Positions 1 to 9,332 of a stretch of DNA of 53,762 bases are shown here, one piece after another; the stretch's first letter is position 1, and each line of letters begins with the position of its first letter. The DNA comes from an uncultured delta proteobacterium (GTDB taxonomy: Bacteria; Desulfobacterota; Syntrophobacteria; BM002). A model generated the notes under the pieces. It saw nothing but the letters and a program-made list of their open reading frames with translations. It did not search any database and was not told the DNA's origin. The stretch covers positions 1 to 53,762 of the forward strand of contig CAVQGX010000008.1 of the NCBI GenBank assembly GCA_963712115.1. The letters run 5' to 3'. The position numbers and the translations under genes are program-made.

Positions 1-2
1 AC

Positions 3-1628
3 TGTGGGCCGGTGCAGAAAACGTGCGCCAAGTTCCCGGAAAGAAAAACCACATTTACCACCATCTCAGGTGAAGAGGTGGAGCGCCTCTACACGCCGGC
101 CGATGTTGCTGACTTTGATTATGAGGCCAAATTAGGATTTCCGGGAGAATACCCATTTACCCGGGGAGTACAACCCACAATGTACAGGGGCCGCTTGTGG
201 ACCATGCGCCAGTATGCTGGATTCGGCACCGCCCGGGAGACCAATGAACGCTATCGGTATTTGTTGAAACAAGGTCAGACGGGCCTTAGCGTTGCCTTCG
301 ACCTGCCAACCCAGTCAGGTTACGACTCCGACCATCAACTCTCCATGGGCGAGGTGGGCAAGGTGGGGGTTGCCATAGACTCCATTGATGACATGAGAGT
401 TCTTTTCGACCAGATCCCCCTCGACAAAGTTACCACCTCTATGACTATCAATGCTCCGGCAACTGTTTTGCTGGGCATGTATTTGGCTCTGGCAGAAGAA
501 CAAAACGTTCCCTATAACAAGGTGGGCGGCACCGTACAGAACGACATCCTCAAGGAGATTATCTGTCGGGGCCAGTATATTTATCCACCCCTTCCATCCA
601 TGCGTCTCACTGTGGATCTCATAAAGTATTGCTATGAGCATGTTCCCACCTGGAACACCATCAGCATTAGCGGTTACCACATTCGAGAGGCGGGTTCCAC
701 CGCGGCCCAGGAGATGGCCTTTACCATCGCCAACGGAATTTCCTATGTGCAAGCCTGCATCGATGCAGGTATGGAAGTGGACTCCTTTGGACCGCGGCTT
801 TCTTTTTTCTATAATGCCTTTACCAATGTGCTGGAAGAGGTGGCCAAATTTAGAGCCGGCAGACGCTTCTGGGCAAAGATTATGAAGGAACGGTTTGGCT
901 CTAAAAACCCTCGGTCGTTGATGATGCGTTATCACGTACAGACCGGGGGGGTAACCCTCACTGCCCAACAGCCACTTAACAATATAGTCAGGGTTGCTTT
1001 ACAGACCCTGGCAACGGCTTACGGTGGTGCCCAATCTTTGCACACCAACTCATTTGACGAGGCCCTATGTCTGCCCACTGAGGAAGCCGTAACTGTGGCT
1101 CTGAGAACCCAGCAGATTGTTGCCGAGGAAAGCGGGGCAGCGGATAGCATAGACCCGTTGGCGGGCTCCTATTACGTTGAGGCGATGACTGACCGAATCG
1201 AGAAAGAAATCGCTGAGTACATAAAAAAGATTGACGCTATGGGCGGCACTTTGAAGGCTATAGAAGAAGGCTATATCCAAAGGGAGATTCAAGACAGCGC
1301 CTATCGTTTCCAGAAAGAAATCGAAGCCAATGAGAGGATCTATGTGGGGATCAACAAGTACACCATGGAAGAACCCCCACCAACCAATCTGCTCAGAGTG
1401 GACCCCAAGCAACAAGAAATAGAGACGGAGAAATTGAAGAAGCTTCGGGGTGCAAGAGACCAAAAGGTCTGGAAAGCAGCGTTGAGCAGGCTGGATGAGG
1501 TCTCAAGGACGGATGAGAATGTCATGCCTGCAGTGATTGAAGCAGTTAAGGCCAAGGCTACCGTTGGTGAAATCTGCGATGTGTGGCGGAATATTTGGGG
1601 CGAGTATCGGCCCAAGGAGTTTGTCTAA
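3..1628 (+). CDS. Methylmalonyl-CoA mutase, substrate-binding (large) subunit; probably 5'-partial at the window edge
   Basis: Motifs PGEYPFTRG, WTMRQYAGF, GLSVAFDLPT, QNDILKE, ISISGYHIREAG and QSLHTNSFDEA. Tyr in RQYAG and Arg in EIICRGQY fit the MCM specificity pair. The frame is open from position 3. Confidence 0.93.
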   Translation, partial: CGPVQKTCAKFPERKTTFTTISGEEVERLYTPADVADFDYEAKLGFPGEYPFTRGVQPTMYRGRLWTMRQYAGFGTARETNERYRYLLKQGQTGLSVAFDLPTQSGYDSDHQLSMGEVGKVGVAIDSIDDMRVLFDQIPLDKVTTSMTINAPATVLLGMYLALAEEQNVPYNKVGGTVQNDILKEIICRGQYIYPPLPSMRLTVDLIKYCYEHVPTWNTISISGYHIREAGSTAAQEMAFTIANGISYVQACIDAGMEVDSFGPRLSFFYNAFTNVLEEVAKFRAGRRFWAKIMKERFGSKNPRSLMMRYHVQTGGVTLTAQQPLNNIVRVALQTLATAYGGAQSLHTNSFDEALCLPTEEAVTVALRTQQIVAEESGAADSIDPLAGSYYVEAMTDRIEKEIAEYIKKIDAMGGTLKAIEEGYIQREIQDSAYRFQKEIEANERIYVGINKYTMEEPPPTNLLRVDPKQQEIETEKLKKLRGARDQKVWKAALSRLDEVSRTDENVMPAVIEAVKAKATVGEICDVWRNIWGEYRPKEFV

Positions 1629-1762
1629 CTTAAGTTTCGCCGGTTTTCCGGTTTAGCCCGTTTGCCAGTTAGTTTCTGCAGCTTTTCACCTGCTCTTAAT
1701 CTCACCGGCAAACCGGCAAACTGACGAACCGGCAAAACCCCTATAGCGGTAGGAGGTTGAGG

Positions 1763-2167
1763 ATGACAGCTAAGAAGAGAATTAAAGTCATCATGGCTAA
1801 GCCTGGCCTAGACGGTCATGACCGGGGGGCCAAGCTCTTGGCACGCGTTTTCGCTGAAGCGGGAATGGAAGTGGTATATACCGGGCTGCGCCAAACTCCA
1901 GAGATGATAGTTGATGCGGCCCTGCAAGAGGACGCGGACGTGGTGGGAATGAGTAGTCTGAGCGGGGTGCACAACTATTTCTTTCCCCGGGTGGTGGAAT
2001 TACTTAAGGAAAAAGGACTCGATGATGTTCTGGTCGTTGGTGGCGGCATTATACCCGAAGAGGATATTGCGGGGTTAAAGAAAGCGGGGGTGGCTGCCAT
2101 CTTTGGACCGGGCACCAGAACGGACGATATTATCAAATTCATTAGGGATAATATATCTGGGAGTTAA
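1763..2167 (+). CDS. Cobalamin-binding small subunit of the split mutase
   Basis: [12 protein letters not shown] (DxHxxG) B12 motif. AGGAGG lies 6 nt before ATG 1763. Confidence 0.95.
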   Translation: MTAKKRIKVIMAKPGLDGHDRGAKLLARVFAEAGMEVVYTGLRQTPEMIVDAALQEDADVVGMSSLSGVHNYFFPRVVELLKEKGLDDVLVVGGGIIPEEDIAGLKKAGVAAIFGPGTRTDDIIKFIRDNISGS

Positions 2168-2180
2168 TTCCGAGGGGTGT

Positions 2181-3134
2181 ATGGAAGAGCTGGTTGCAGA
2201 AGTGTTGCAAGGTTCGGTGAGGGCCATGGCCAAACTCATCACTTTGGTAGAAAATGAGGATTCTAGGGCCTTGCACCTCATGGGAGCCATATACCCCAAC
2301 ACGGGAAATGCTTACGTTTTGGGCATTACAGGCTCCCCCGGAACGGGCAAGAGCACTCTGACAGACAAAATCACTACAATCTTACGTGAGCGGGAACAGA
2401 CAGTTGGCGTCATCGCGGTTGACCCTTCCAGTCCTTTCACTGGTGGTGCCCTCTTGGGAGACCGAATTCGCATGCAACGCTCTTCAGGCGATGCAGAAGT
2501 TTTTATTCGTTCAATGGCAACTCGGGGAAACCTCGGAGGGCTTGCCCGTACCACAGCTGATGTAGTTAAAATTATGGATGCTTTTGGCAAGGACTGGGTG
2601 ATTGTCGAAACTGTGGGTGTTGGCCAGGATGAAGTGGAGATAGCCAAGACCGCAGACACCACCATAGTGGTATTAGCCCCGGGCCTGGGTGACACCATCC
2701 AGAGCATGAAAGCGGGAGTAATGGAGATTGCCGATCTCTACGTGGTGAACAAGGCAGACCGTTCGGGTGCCGATGAATTAGTGAGCGAAGTGAACGTCCG
2801 GGTGGAACAAGACTCTCAGATCAAAAAAGCGGTTTGGAAACCACCGGTCGTCAAGACCATAGCAGTGGAGAATCAAGGAACAGATTCCCTGGTGGAAGCT
2901 ATAGAAAAACACAGAAGTTTCCTGCACCAAAGTGGGAAACTGACAAAAAATCGCAGGGAGAAAACTAGACAGGAGACCTTGGCTCTGTTGCGAGACGAGA
3001 TTTCACGAAATGTTTTGGAAAAAGTTCTCGGGAATGGGCGCTTTGACGATCTAATTGACGACATCGTTGCCCATAAAAAGGACCCCTATACCAGTGTTCA
3101 GGAGATTATCCGAACAATTTTCCCGGAGGAGTAA
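2181..3134 (+). CDS. meaB: MeaB/ArgK GTPase chaperone of the mutase
   Basis: GITGSPGTGKST, AVDPSSPFTGGALLGDRIRM, ETVGVGQ and NKAD motifs; lies next to the mutase genes. Confidence 0.93.
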   Translation: MEELVAEVLQGSVRAMAKLITLVENEDSRALHLMGAIYPNTGNAYVLGITGSPGTGKSTLTDKITTILREREQTVGVIAVDPSSPFTGGALLGDRIRMQRSSGDAEVFIRSMATRGNLGGLARTTADVVKIMDAFGKDWVIVETVGVGQDEVEIAKTADTTIVVLAPGLGDTIQSMKAGVMEIADLYVVNKADRSGADELVSEVNVRVEQDSQIKKAVWKPPVVKTIAVENQGTDSLVEAIEKHRSFLHQSGKLTKNRREKTRQETLALLRDEISRNVLEKVLGNGRFDDLIDDIVAHKKDPYTSVQEIIRTIFPEE

Positions 3135-3364
3135 GGCATAGAGCATAGAGGAAGAAGCGAGACGGGCGAGACGGGAGGTCGGGCGAGACGAGGATTTAAA
3201 CGTGGAAGTCGGAACGCGGAACGTGGAATTATTTCATGTGCTCAGAACCAAAGGGTTAACCCGTTTACCGTTCACCGTTTACCATTTACGACTTCAACGA
3301 TTTCAACGCCTTTAACGATCTGACCAATAACGCTGTTCACTAGGCGATTAGAGAGGAGAGATAG

Positions 3365-3772
3365 ATGAAGGTACTGAAGATCGATCACCTGGGTATTGCA
3401 GTTAACAGTATCGAGGAAGCAAAAAAGCTGTTTCAGGACATACTGGGACTAGAATTCGAAGGTACTGAGACAGTTCAAGAGCAGAAGGTTACCACCGCCT
3501 TTTTCCCTGTAGGTGACAGTGAGGTGGAACTCTTGGAGTCAACCGCCCCTGACGGGCCTATCGCCAAGTACCTGGAGAAAAGAGGTGAAGGAATACAACA
3601 TATTGCTTTTCGTGTCGATAATTTAGATCAGGCTCTAGCTGAACTTAAAGACAAAGGTATAAGACTCATAGACGAAAAGCCACGCAGAGGAGCTGGCGGC
3701 GCCAAAATCGCATTTCTCCATCCGAAATCAACTCATGGAGTACTTATTGAACTCAGCGAGAGGGAAGATTAA
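3365..3772 (+). CDS. mce: Methylmalonyl-CoA epimerase
   Basis: IDHLGIAV, EGIQHIAFRV and FLHPKSTHGVLIEL VOC-fold motifs; GAGGAG RBS. Confidence 0.95.
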   Translation: MKVLKIDHLGIAVNSIEEAKKLFQDILGLEFEGTETVQEQKVTTAFFPVGDSEVELLESTAPDGPIAKYLEKRGEGIQHIAFRVDNLDQALAELKDKGIRLIDEKPRRGAGGAKIAFLHPKSTHGVLIELSERED

Positions 3773-3941
3773 CTCGCCATGACGAGTTGCGCAATACTAT
3801 GAGAGATTTGTACTAAGGTCAAAACTTAATATTTCGTATTTAAAGTATTTTCTTAGATACTCTATTTTTTAATTAATAATTATAAATAATTATACTTAAT
3901 AATTTATAGTGCTTTGTGCTTACTGTCCGCTGTTAGCTCGT

Positions 3942-3982
3942 AAAAAAAGCCCCTATCCTGATTTCCAGGTAGGGGCTTTTTT
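3942..3982. terminator. Bidirectional intrinsic terminator between convergent genes
   Basis: A7-GCCCCTAtCCTG...CAGGTAGGGGC-T6. Confidence 0.85.
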
Positions 3983-4002
3983 ACTATGCGCCGAGCACAT
4001 AC

Positions 4003-5556
4003 TTACATGGGTATATTGCCGTGCTTTTTCGGGGGCAAGGTTTCTCTCTTTGTGCTCAGCACTTCAAGTGCGTCTATAAGACGCGGTCGGGTCTCGCTCG
4101 GAACGATCACGCCATCGATGTAGCCCCGCGAGGCGGCAATGTAAGGATTGTAGAGCAGTTCTTTGTATTCTGCTATCTTTTCCTTTCGCTTGGCCTCGGG
4201 ATCATCTGCAGCCTGGATATCCCGGCGGAAGATAATATTGGCGGCTCCATCGGCCCCCATTACCGCAATCTCGGCGTTTGGCCAGGCCAAAGCCATGTCG
4301 CAACCAAGGTCTCGTGAACACATGGCCAGGTAGGAGCCACCGTAATCCTTTCTGGTAATCAGGGTAATTTTGGGCACGGTGGCCTCCGAGTAACACCAGA
4401 GCAGCTTGGCGCCATGGCGAATTACCCCGTGCCATTCCTGGTCGCTGCCAGGCAAGTATCCTGGCACGTCAGCAATGGTAAGCATTGGGATGTTGAAACA
4501 GTCGCAAAAGCGAATAAACCGGGTTGCCTTATCTGACGAGTTCACATCCAGACAGCCGGCAAGTACCTTTGGCTGGTTGGCGATAATTCCAATGGTCCGG
4601 CCATCCAATCGGGCAAAACCTACAATGATATTCTGCGCGTAGAACTCATGAATTTCGTAGAAATTACCGTTGTCGACAATGGAACGAATAACATCTTTCA
4701 TGTCGTAAGAGGCCATAGGGTTTTCCGGAATGATGGAGTCCAGGGCTGGATCAGTGCGTAAAGGATTGTCACCGGTGTCTATTCTGGGTGGTTCCTCCAT
4801 GTTGTTGCTGGGGAGAAAGGCAAGAAGAGCTTTGATTTGTTCAATGGCGTTGGCGTCATCTTCACAGGCAAAGTGAGCAACTCCGCTCTTGGTATTATGG
4901 GCCATGGCGCCACCAAGATCTTCAAAGGTAATCACTTCTCCCAACACAGCCTTGATCACATCGGGTCCGGTAATGAACATGTGACTGGTGTTCTTGACCA
5001 TAAAGACAAAATCGGTCATGGCCGGAGAATAAACCGCTCCACCTGCACAGGGGCCCATAATTGCTGATATCTGCGGGACCACACCTGAGGAGATGGCATT
5101 GCGATAGAAAATCTGCCCATAGCCAGAAAGGGAATCCACTCCTTCCTGGATGCGCGCACCTCCGGAATCATTGAAGCCCACAACAGGAATCCCCGATTTC
5201 ATTGACAGGTCAAGGATCTTGCAGATCTTCTTGGAGTGCATTTCGCCAAGTGTACCAGCTCTCGCTGTGAAGTCTTGGGAAAAAGCGCAAACGGGACGGC
5301 CATTTACCTTGCCGTAGCCGGTTATTACTCCATCCGCTGGAATGTCCATTTTTTCCAGGCCGAACAAAGTACCACGGTGCCTCATGAAAATATCAGTTTC
5401 CCTGAAAGTCCCGGGATCGAAAAGCAGATTTATTCTCTCCCTGGCGGTAAGCTTGCCACGTTCATGTTGCTTCTCTACTGCTGCTTCGCCACCCATTTCA
5501 AGAAGCTTGGCTTCCTTTTCCTTCAACTCCTTGATTTTGTCTGATACGATTCCCAT
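4003..5556 (-). CDS. Acyl-CoA carboxylase carboxyltransferase subunit (PccB/MmdA type)
   Basis: GKLTARERI, DSGGARIQEG, GPCAGGAVYSPA, DVPGYLPG and C-terminal KKHGNIPM. Confidence 0.93.
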   Translation of the reverse strand: MGIVSDKIKELKEKEAKLLEMGGEAAVEKQHERGKLTARERINLLFDPGTFRETDIFMRHRGTLFGLEKMDIPADGVITGYGKVNGRPVCAFSQDFTARAGTLGEMHSKKICKILDLSMKSGIPVVGFNDSGGARIQEGVDSLSGYGQIFYRNAISSGVVPQISAIMGPCAGGAVYSPAMTDFVFMVKNTSHMFITGPDVIKAVLGEVITFEDLGGAMAHNTKSGVAHFACEDDANAIEQIKALLAFLPSNNMEEPPRIDTGDNPLRTDPALDSIIPENPMASYDMKDVIRSIVDNGNFYEIHEFYAQNIIVGFARLDGRTIGIIANQPKVLAGCLDVNSSDKATRFIRFCDCFNIPMLTIADVPGYLPGSDQEWHGVIRHGAKLLWCYSEATVPKITLITRKDYGGSYLAMCSRDLGCDMALAWPNAEIAVMGADGAANIIFRRDIQAADDPEAKRKEKIAEYKELLYNPYIAASRGYIDGVIVPSETRPRLIDALEVLSTKRETLPPKKHGNIPM

Positions 5557-5802
5557 ATATTTATCTCCTGTTTTCCCAATATTTTACCTGGAAGGATACA
5601 TAAGAAATTCCCTTTAAAATCCAGTTATTCTATCCCCTCCCCCCCTTTTGTCAAGGCTTTTCTCCACCGGGAGTTTACCCATTTAGACTGCTTTCTTGGA
5701 CGCGCTGCAATACCTCTAATAAGCTCAAGGAAAAACCGAACACCAGCACGAACATGTAGAGCTGCAATCTCACCCCGGCGAAGCATTTCGGACTAGCCCC
5801 TG

Positions 5803-6231
5803 TTAATCTTTAACCCGTGACATTTTCACCGGCTCTTCGAGTCCTCTAATGGTAAAATAAATATTTCCTCCCTGTACGAATATCTTTACCCCAAATTGGG
5901 GTTCTCCCAATATTTCCTGCTCATTGATAGTCCAGTTTTTCCAACCTTTTTTCTTTTTTTTGCCGCTGCGCCAGGTGCGATAAAAATAAAGCCCGTATTT
6001 ATCGTCGTATTTTATCAATTGATACTTAACATAGTTTATGTCGGCTTTGGCTGTTCCAATTGCTCTGGTAAAGCTACACTCCCATGTTCCCATCAATAAG
6101 GGGGCCGGCTTCTCAATTACCTCGCAAAAAACATCGGGTTTTAGCTCAGAATCATCGGATGGTCTGTTTCCCTTGGTGCCACATCCAACTAGAGTAAAGA
6201 GGAATACCAAGAAAATAGTTACTTTTTTCAT
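5803..6231 (-). CDS. Hypothetical lipoprotein
   Basis: MKK plus hydrophobic stretch and LVGC lipobox; GGAG RBS before ATG 6231. Confidence 0.7.
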   Translation of the reverse strand: MKKVTIFLVFLFTLVGCGTKGNRPSDDSELKPDVFCEVIEKPAPLLMGTWECSFTRAIGTAKADINYVKYQLIKYDDKYGLYFYRTWRSGKKKKKGWKNWTINEQEILGEPQFGVKIFVQGGNIYFTIRGLEEPVKMSRVKD

Positions 6232-6429
6232 GTCAATCTCCATTCCTTGCCCTGCACCATTTGATAGCTTCCGAAACATAAATCGAATCAATCAGGCAGC
6301 CACAGCCCGATATTGAGGGCACAGTCACTCAATTTGCCTGTCTTCTTCGAATAATAGCGGTTGCAGCTGGAAAAAACTTCGCGTTATTTTATCAGGCCCC
6401 TTGGCAAAAGAACACCGTCTCCCTCTAAT

Positions 6430-6466
6430 TAGTGTCCATCCGGAAACCAAAGATTTCCGGATGGAG
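6430..6466. repeat. Short palindrome (TCCATCCGGAAA...TTTCCGGATGGA), remnant of a second terminal-repeat family
   Basis: 12-bp perfect arms. A similar end, TTTCCGTATGGACAGTAG, occurs at about 18478-18495. Confidence 0.45.
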
Positions 6467-6721
6467 CTGTCAGTGTTCAGCAGTCAGCATTCAGCTTAAA
6501 TTGATGGGTTTAGTTAGATTTAGTTCAAAGCCGAAATTATCCAGATAATGGAGGTAGGCCGGATGAGTTTTGTCTTTACAACTAGTCATTTACAACCCTA
6601 TTCAATTTGTGATAAAGAATTAGACAAGTTAGACTAGCAAAGCAGCAAGATTTTCATTGAGCAAATGAAGTACCTCTGGCTTATGATCTGATACATTAGG
6701 CCTCATTCAATAGGCCCAGCC

Positions 6722-7033
6722 ATGAACAGAAAGCTTAAGCCGCCCAAAAATAGATGGTATTTTCTCATCTGGCCTGTCTTAGTTCTGGCCTCTGTACTGT
6801 TAATTATCTGGAGCCCCAATGGATTACTTCATCTCCGTCAACTGCATGTTGAACACCAAGAACTCCTGCAAGAAAATCATATCCTAGAGAAGGAAAACCA
6901 CCACCTCTATGAGGAAATTAGCCGTCTGCAAAAGGATCCTGATGCCATAGAGAGCCTGGCCCGTCAGGAACTGGGACTGGTTAGAGAAGGTGAACTTATT
7001 TTTCACTTTGTCAAACCTCAACCAGAGAAATAA
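6722..7033 (+). CDS. Septum formation initiator (FtsB/DivIC family)
   Basis: One TM helix, coiled coil and IESLARQELGLVREGE motif. Confidence 0.85.
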   Translation: MNRKLKPPKNRWYFLIWPVLVLASVLLIIWSPNGLLHLRQLHVEHQELLQENHILEKENHHLYEEISRLQKDPDAIESLARQELGLVREGELIFHFVKPQPEK

Positions 7034-7145
7034 AGCTGTTTTTCCCCTTCCCTTCTTCCCCGTTAAAAATTTCCGGGTTATACTACAAATCGGATAGGGT
7101 TTGATCATATCGACCCTACGCCAAAGCCTGAAACCTCCTTCCACG

Positions 7146-7189
7146 CCCCACCCTTGCTTCGACTTTTGCAGGGGTGGGGATCATTTTTT
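7146..7189 (+). terminator. Intrinsic terminator
   Basis: CCCCACCCTTGC...GCAGGGGTGGGG followed by a T tract. Confidence 0.7.
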
Positions 7190-7228
7190 GAAATTCCTTC
7201 AGAATGGCAGGCTGCTGCAAATCATCGT

Positions 7229-7437
7229 CTAGCCCGGTTGTCTCATGATTAACCTGCTGCGCCCGCCAATATGGCCGTCCTCCCGGGCGTCCTCGGGTGT
7301 TCCTTCGACAGGCTCAGGACAAGCTCATCCTGCAACGTACCATTCAGGTACGCCTCGGATCCGACACCCTGCGATTGACCGGTGGCACGCCCATCTTCAC
7401 GATCTCGCGACAGTAATTCATGAAACAACCGGGCTAG
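7229..7437 (-). mobile_element. MITE-like element, copy 1 (opposite orientation to copies 2-5; carries a nested ~25-bp insert)
   Basis: CTAG-CCCGGTTGTCTCATGA...TCATGAAACAACCGGG-CTAG; core is the reverse complement of GAGGCGTACCTGAATGGTACG. Confidence 0.8.
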
Positions 7438-7581
7438 GTGTACTGGTGACTAGAATTCAAAGCACGGCTTCAATGACAGAGGGTTCCGGATCCTAGTAAC
7501 TGTTGCTTTTCTTAGGTAAAACATCTATAGTCTTGCCCAAATAATGGCTGACCTGAAAACTAGACGCCAGGAAAATTGACC

Positions 7582-8322
7582 ATGGATGAACTTGAACTTT
7601 ACCAGCAAATGATGAGTAAGGACCCCTCTTCACAGGTATTCGTTTATCTGGCCGAGGCACTCTTGGAGCATGAGATGTACAAGGAGGCCATTGAGACTTG
7701 TGTAAATGGCCTACGCCTCCGGCCCCATGACCTTCGAGCCAGAGTTATACTCGGGGTGTCCTTTCTTCGTACAGGAGAGTTGGACCGGGCCGAAAGTGAA
7801 CTGCTCAAGGCTAAAGAGATGCTCGAGATAAATACGGTTACTTACCGTGCCTTAGCTGAGCTCTATGAAAAAAAGGGTGATTCCGAGTCGGCTGAACGCT
7901 ACCGGCGGCTTTTTGAAACCATTCACCCAACTGAAGCAGAGGCGATTGGAACCGAAAAGGAGGAAACCGATTCTGAGACGGTGGTTGAAGAGGTCCCGCC
8001 CGAAAAGAAAGAGATGTCAACTATTACCATGGCTCGACTTTATGAAGAGCAAGGTCACTTAAAAGAAGCTGCTGAAGTGTATCGCAAAATCTTCGACGCT
8101 TTTCCTGAAACCGAGGGTGTGGGAGATAAACTGGCGGATTTAGAGAGGCGAGTCGGGGAAGGTCAAGTTAAGAGCAATCTTTTGTCAATACTTGAATTGT
8201 GGCAAAAGAATATGCAAGATAAAATTGGTGTAGAAAAACCATCGGCCTCCTCTGGATCATCACGGATCGACCCAGAAAAAATCGCCACCTTTATGAAGAA
8301 ATACATTAAAGGGTCACACTAG
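7582..8322 (+). CDS. Tetratricopeptide repeat protein
   Basis: TPR-like helices and STITMARLYEEQGH motif; sits upstream of efp. Confidence 0.8.
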   Translation: MDELELYQQMMSKDPSSQVFVYLAEALLEHEMYKEAIETCVNGLRLRPHDLRARVILGVSFLRTGELDRAESELLKAKEMLEINTVTYRALAELYEKKGDSESAERYRRLFETIHPTEAEAIGTEKEETDSETVVEEVPPEKKEMSTITMARLYEEQGHLKEAAEVYRKIFDAFPETEGVGDKLADLERRVGEGQVKSNLLSILELWQKNMQDKIGVEKPSASSGSSRIDPEKIATFMKKYIKGSH

Positions 8323-8446
8323 CCATAGAAGAGGACTAAGATCACGCCTTGAATGGAGTAGTTCGGAATCCGGAGCCGTGAAAACGGCTCTTTCCGTTCT
8401 GAGCTTGCCGCAGGGCAGCAGCGCCACTGGTTAGAAAGACGAGATC

Positions 8447-9004
8447 ATGTATTATACGACTAACTTTCGTAAAGGTTTAAAGATCGAATTGGAAGGCAAG
8501 CCTTTTATCATAGTTGATTTCCTCCACGTCAAACCAGGTAAAGGTGGAGCTTTTGTCCGAACCCGTCTCAAGAATATGGAGACTGGTCAGGTTCTGGAAA
8601 AAACCTTTCGATCCGGTGAAAAAGTCGATCGCCCTGATCTTGTGGAGCGGGAGATGCAGTATCTTTACCAGGATGCCGAAGGTTACTGCTTCATGGACAA
8701 CAACAATTACGAGCAGATTTTTATCGATGATGAGCACTTGGGCGAGAGCAAAGATTTCCTCACCGAGAACGTCGACGTCAAGGTGCTTTTTTTCAACAAC
8801 AAGCCTATCGGTATCGACCTCCCAATTTTCGTGGAACTATCAATCGCCCAGACCGACCCGGGTCTGCGGGGGGACACAGCCACGGGTGCCACCAAGCCAG
8901 CCACTCTTGAAACCGGGTATGTTATCCAGGTTCCTCTTTTCATTAATGAAGGTGACAGGGTAAAGATAGACACCCGCACGGGTGAATATGTGGAACGGGT
9001 TTGA
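8447..9004 (+). CDS. efp: Elongation factor P
   Basis: HVKPGKGGAFVR, PGLRGDTATG and KIDTRTGEYVER. Confidence 0.98.
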   Translation: MYYTTNFRKGLKIELEGKPFIIVDFLHVKPGKGGAFVRTRLKNMETGQVLEKTFRSGEKVDRPDLVEREMQYLYQDAEGYCFMDNNNYEQIFIDDEHLGESKDFLTENVDVKVLFFNNKPIGIDLPIFVELSIAQTDPGLRGDTATGATKPATLETGYVIQVPLFINEGDRVKIDTRTGEYVERV

Positions 9005-9011
9005 ATTGGCT

Positions 9012-9153
9012 TAAGATTTTAGATTTCAGATTTAAGATTGTTGATGTAGCACTGAAGAAGTGTGAACAGACAACTATAAGGAGTCATCAATCTACAATCT
9101 CAAATCTAAAATCCTTGGCCCCCAATCCCAAATCTACATCTAAAATCTCCGAT
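9012..9153. repeat. Heptamer tandem repeats in inverted arrangement (AGATTTT-like / AAAATCT-like)
   Basis: agattttagatttcagatttaagattgttgat ... atcaatctacaatctcaaatctaaaatc. Confidence 0.75.
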
Positions 9154-9332
9154 CTGCAACACTCTGGTTGGGCACACAAAGTGCAAAGAATCAAAGTCTT
9201 GTATAAACACTTTACACACAAGCCTTTGTGGTGGGAAAATTTAATTAGCCTAGATGTTTCACCAAAAGGTCTCGCCACACCGTTTGGTGAAATGTCAGGG
9301 CTAACTGCGGCTTTCTTGAGACGAGAGACGTG

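Noticed and set aside
315-968. Long antisense ORFs (e.g. 315-968, 14924-15469, 28682-29260, 30540-31253, 40074-40655)
   Set aside because: Shadow frames opposite well-supported genes, with no motifs.
7245-7496. Short ORFs with similar sequences at 7245, 19821, 23887/23924, 44660, 45551/45567 and 47471, which could look like a paralogous small-protein family
   Set aside because: They are translations of the MITE-like repeat in various frames; indels between copies do not preserve frame.
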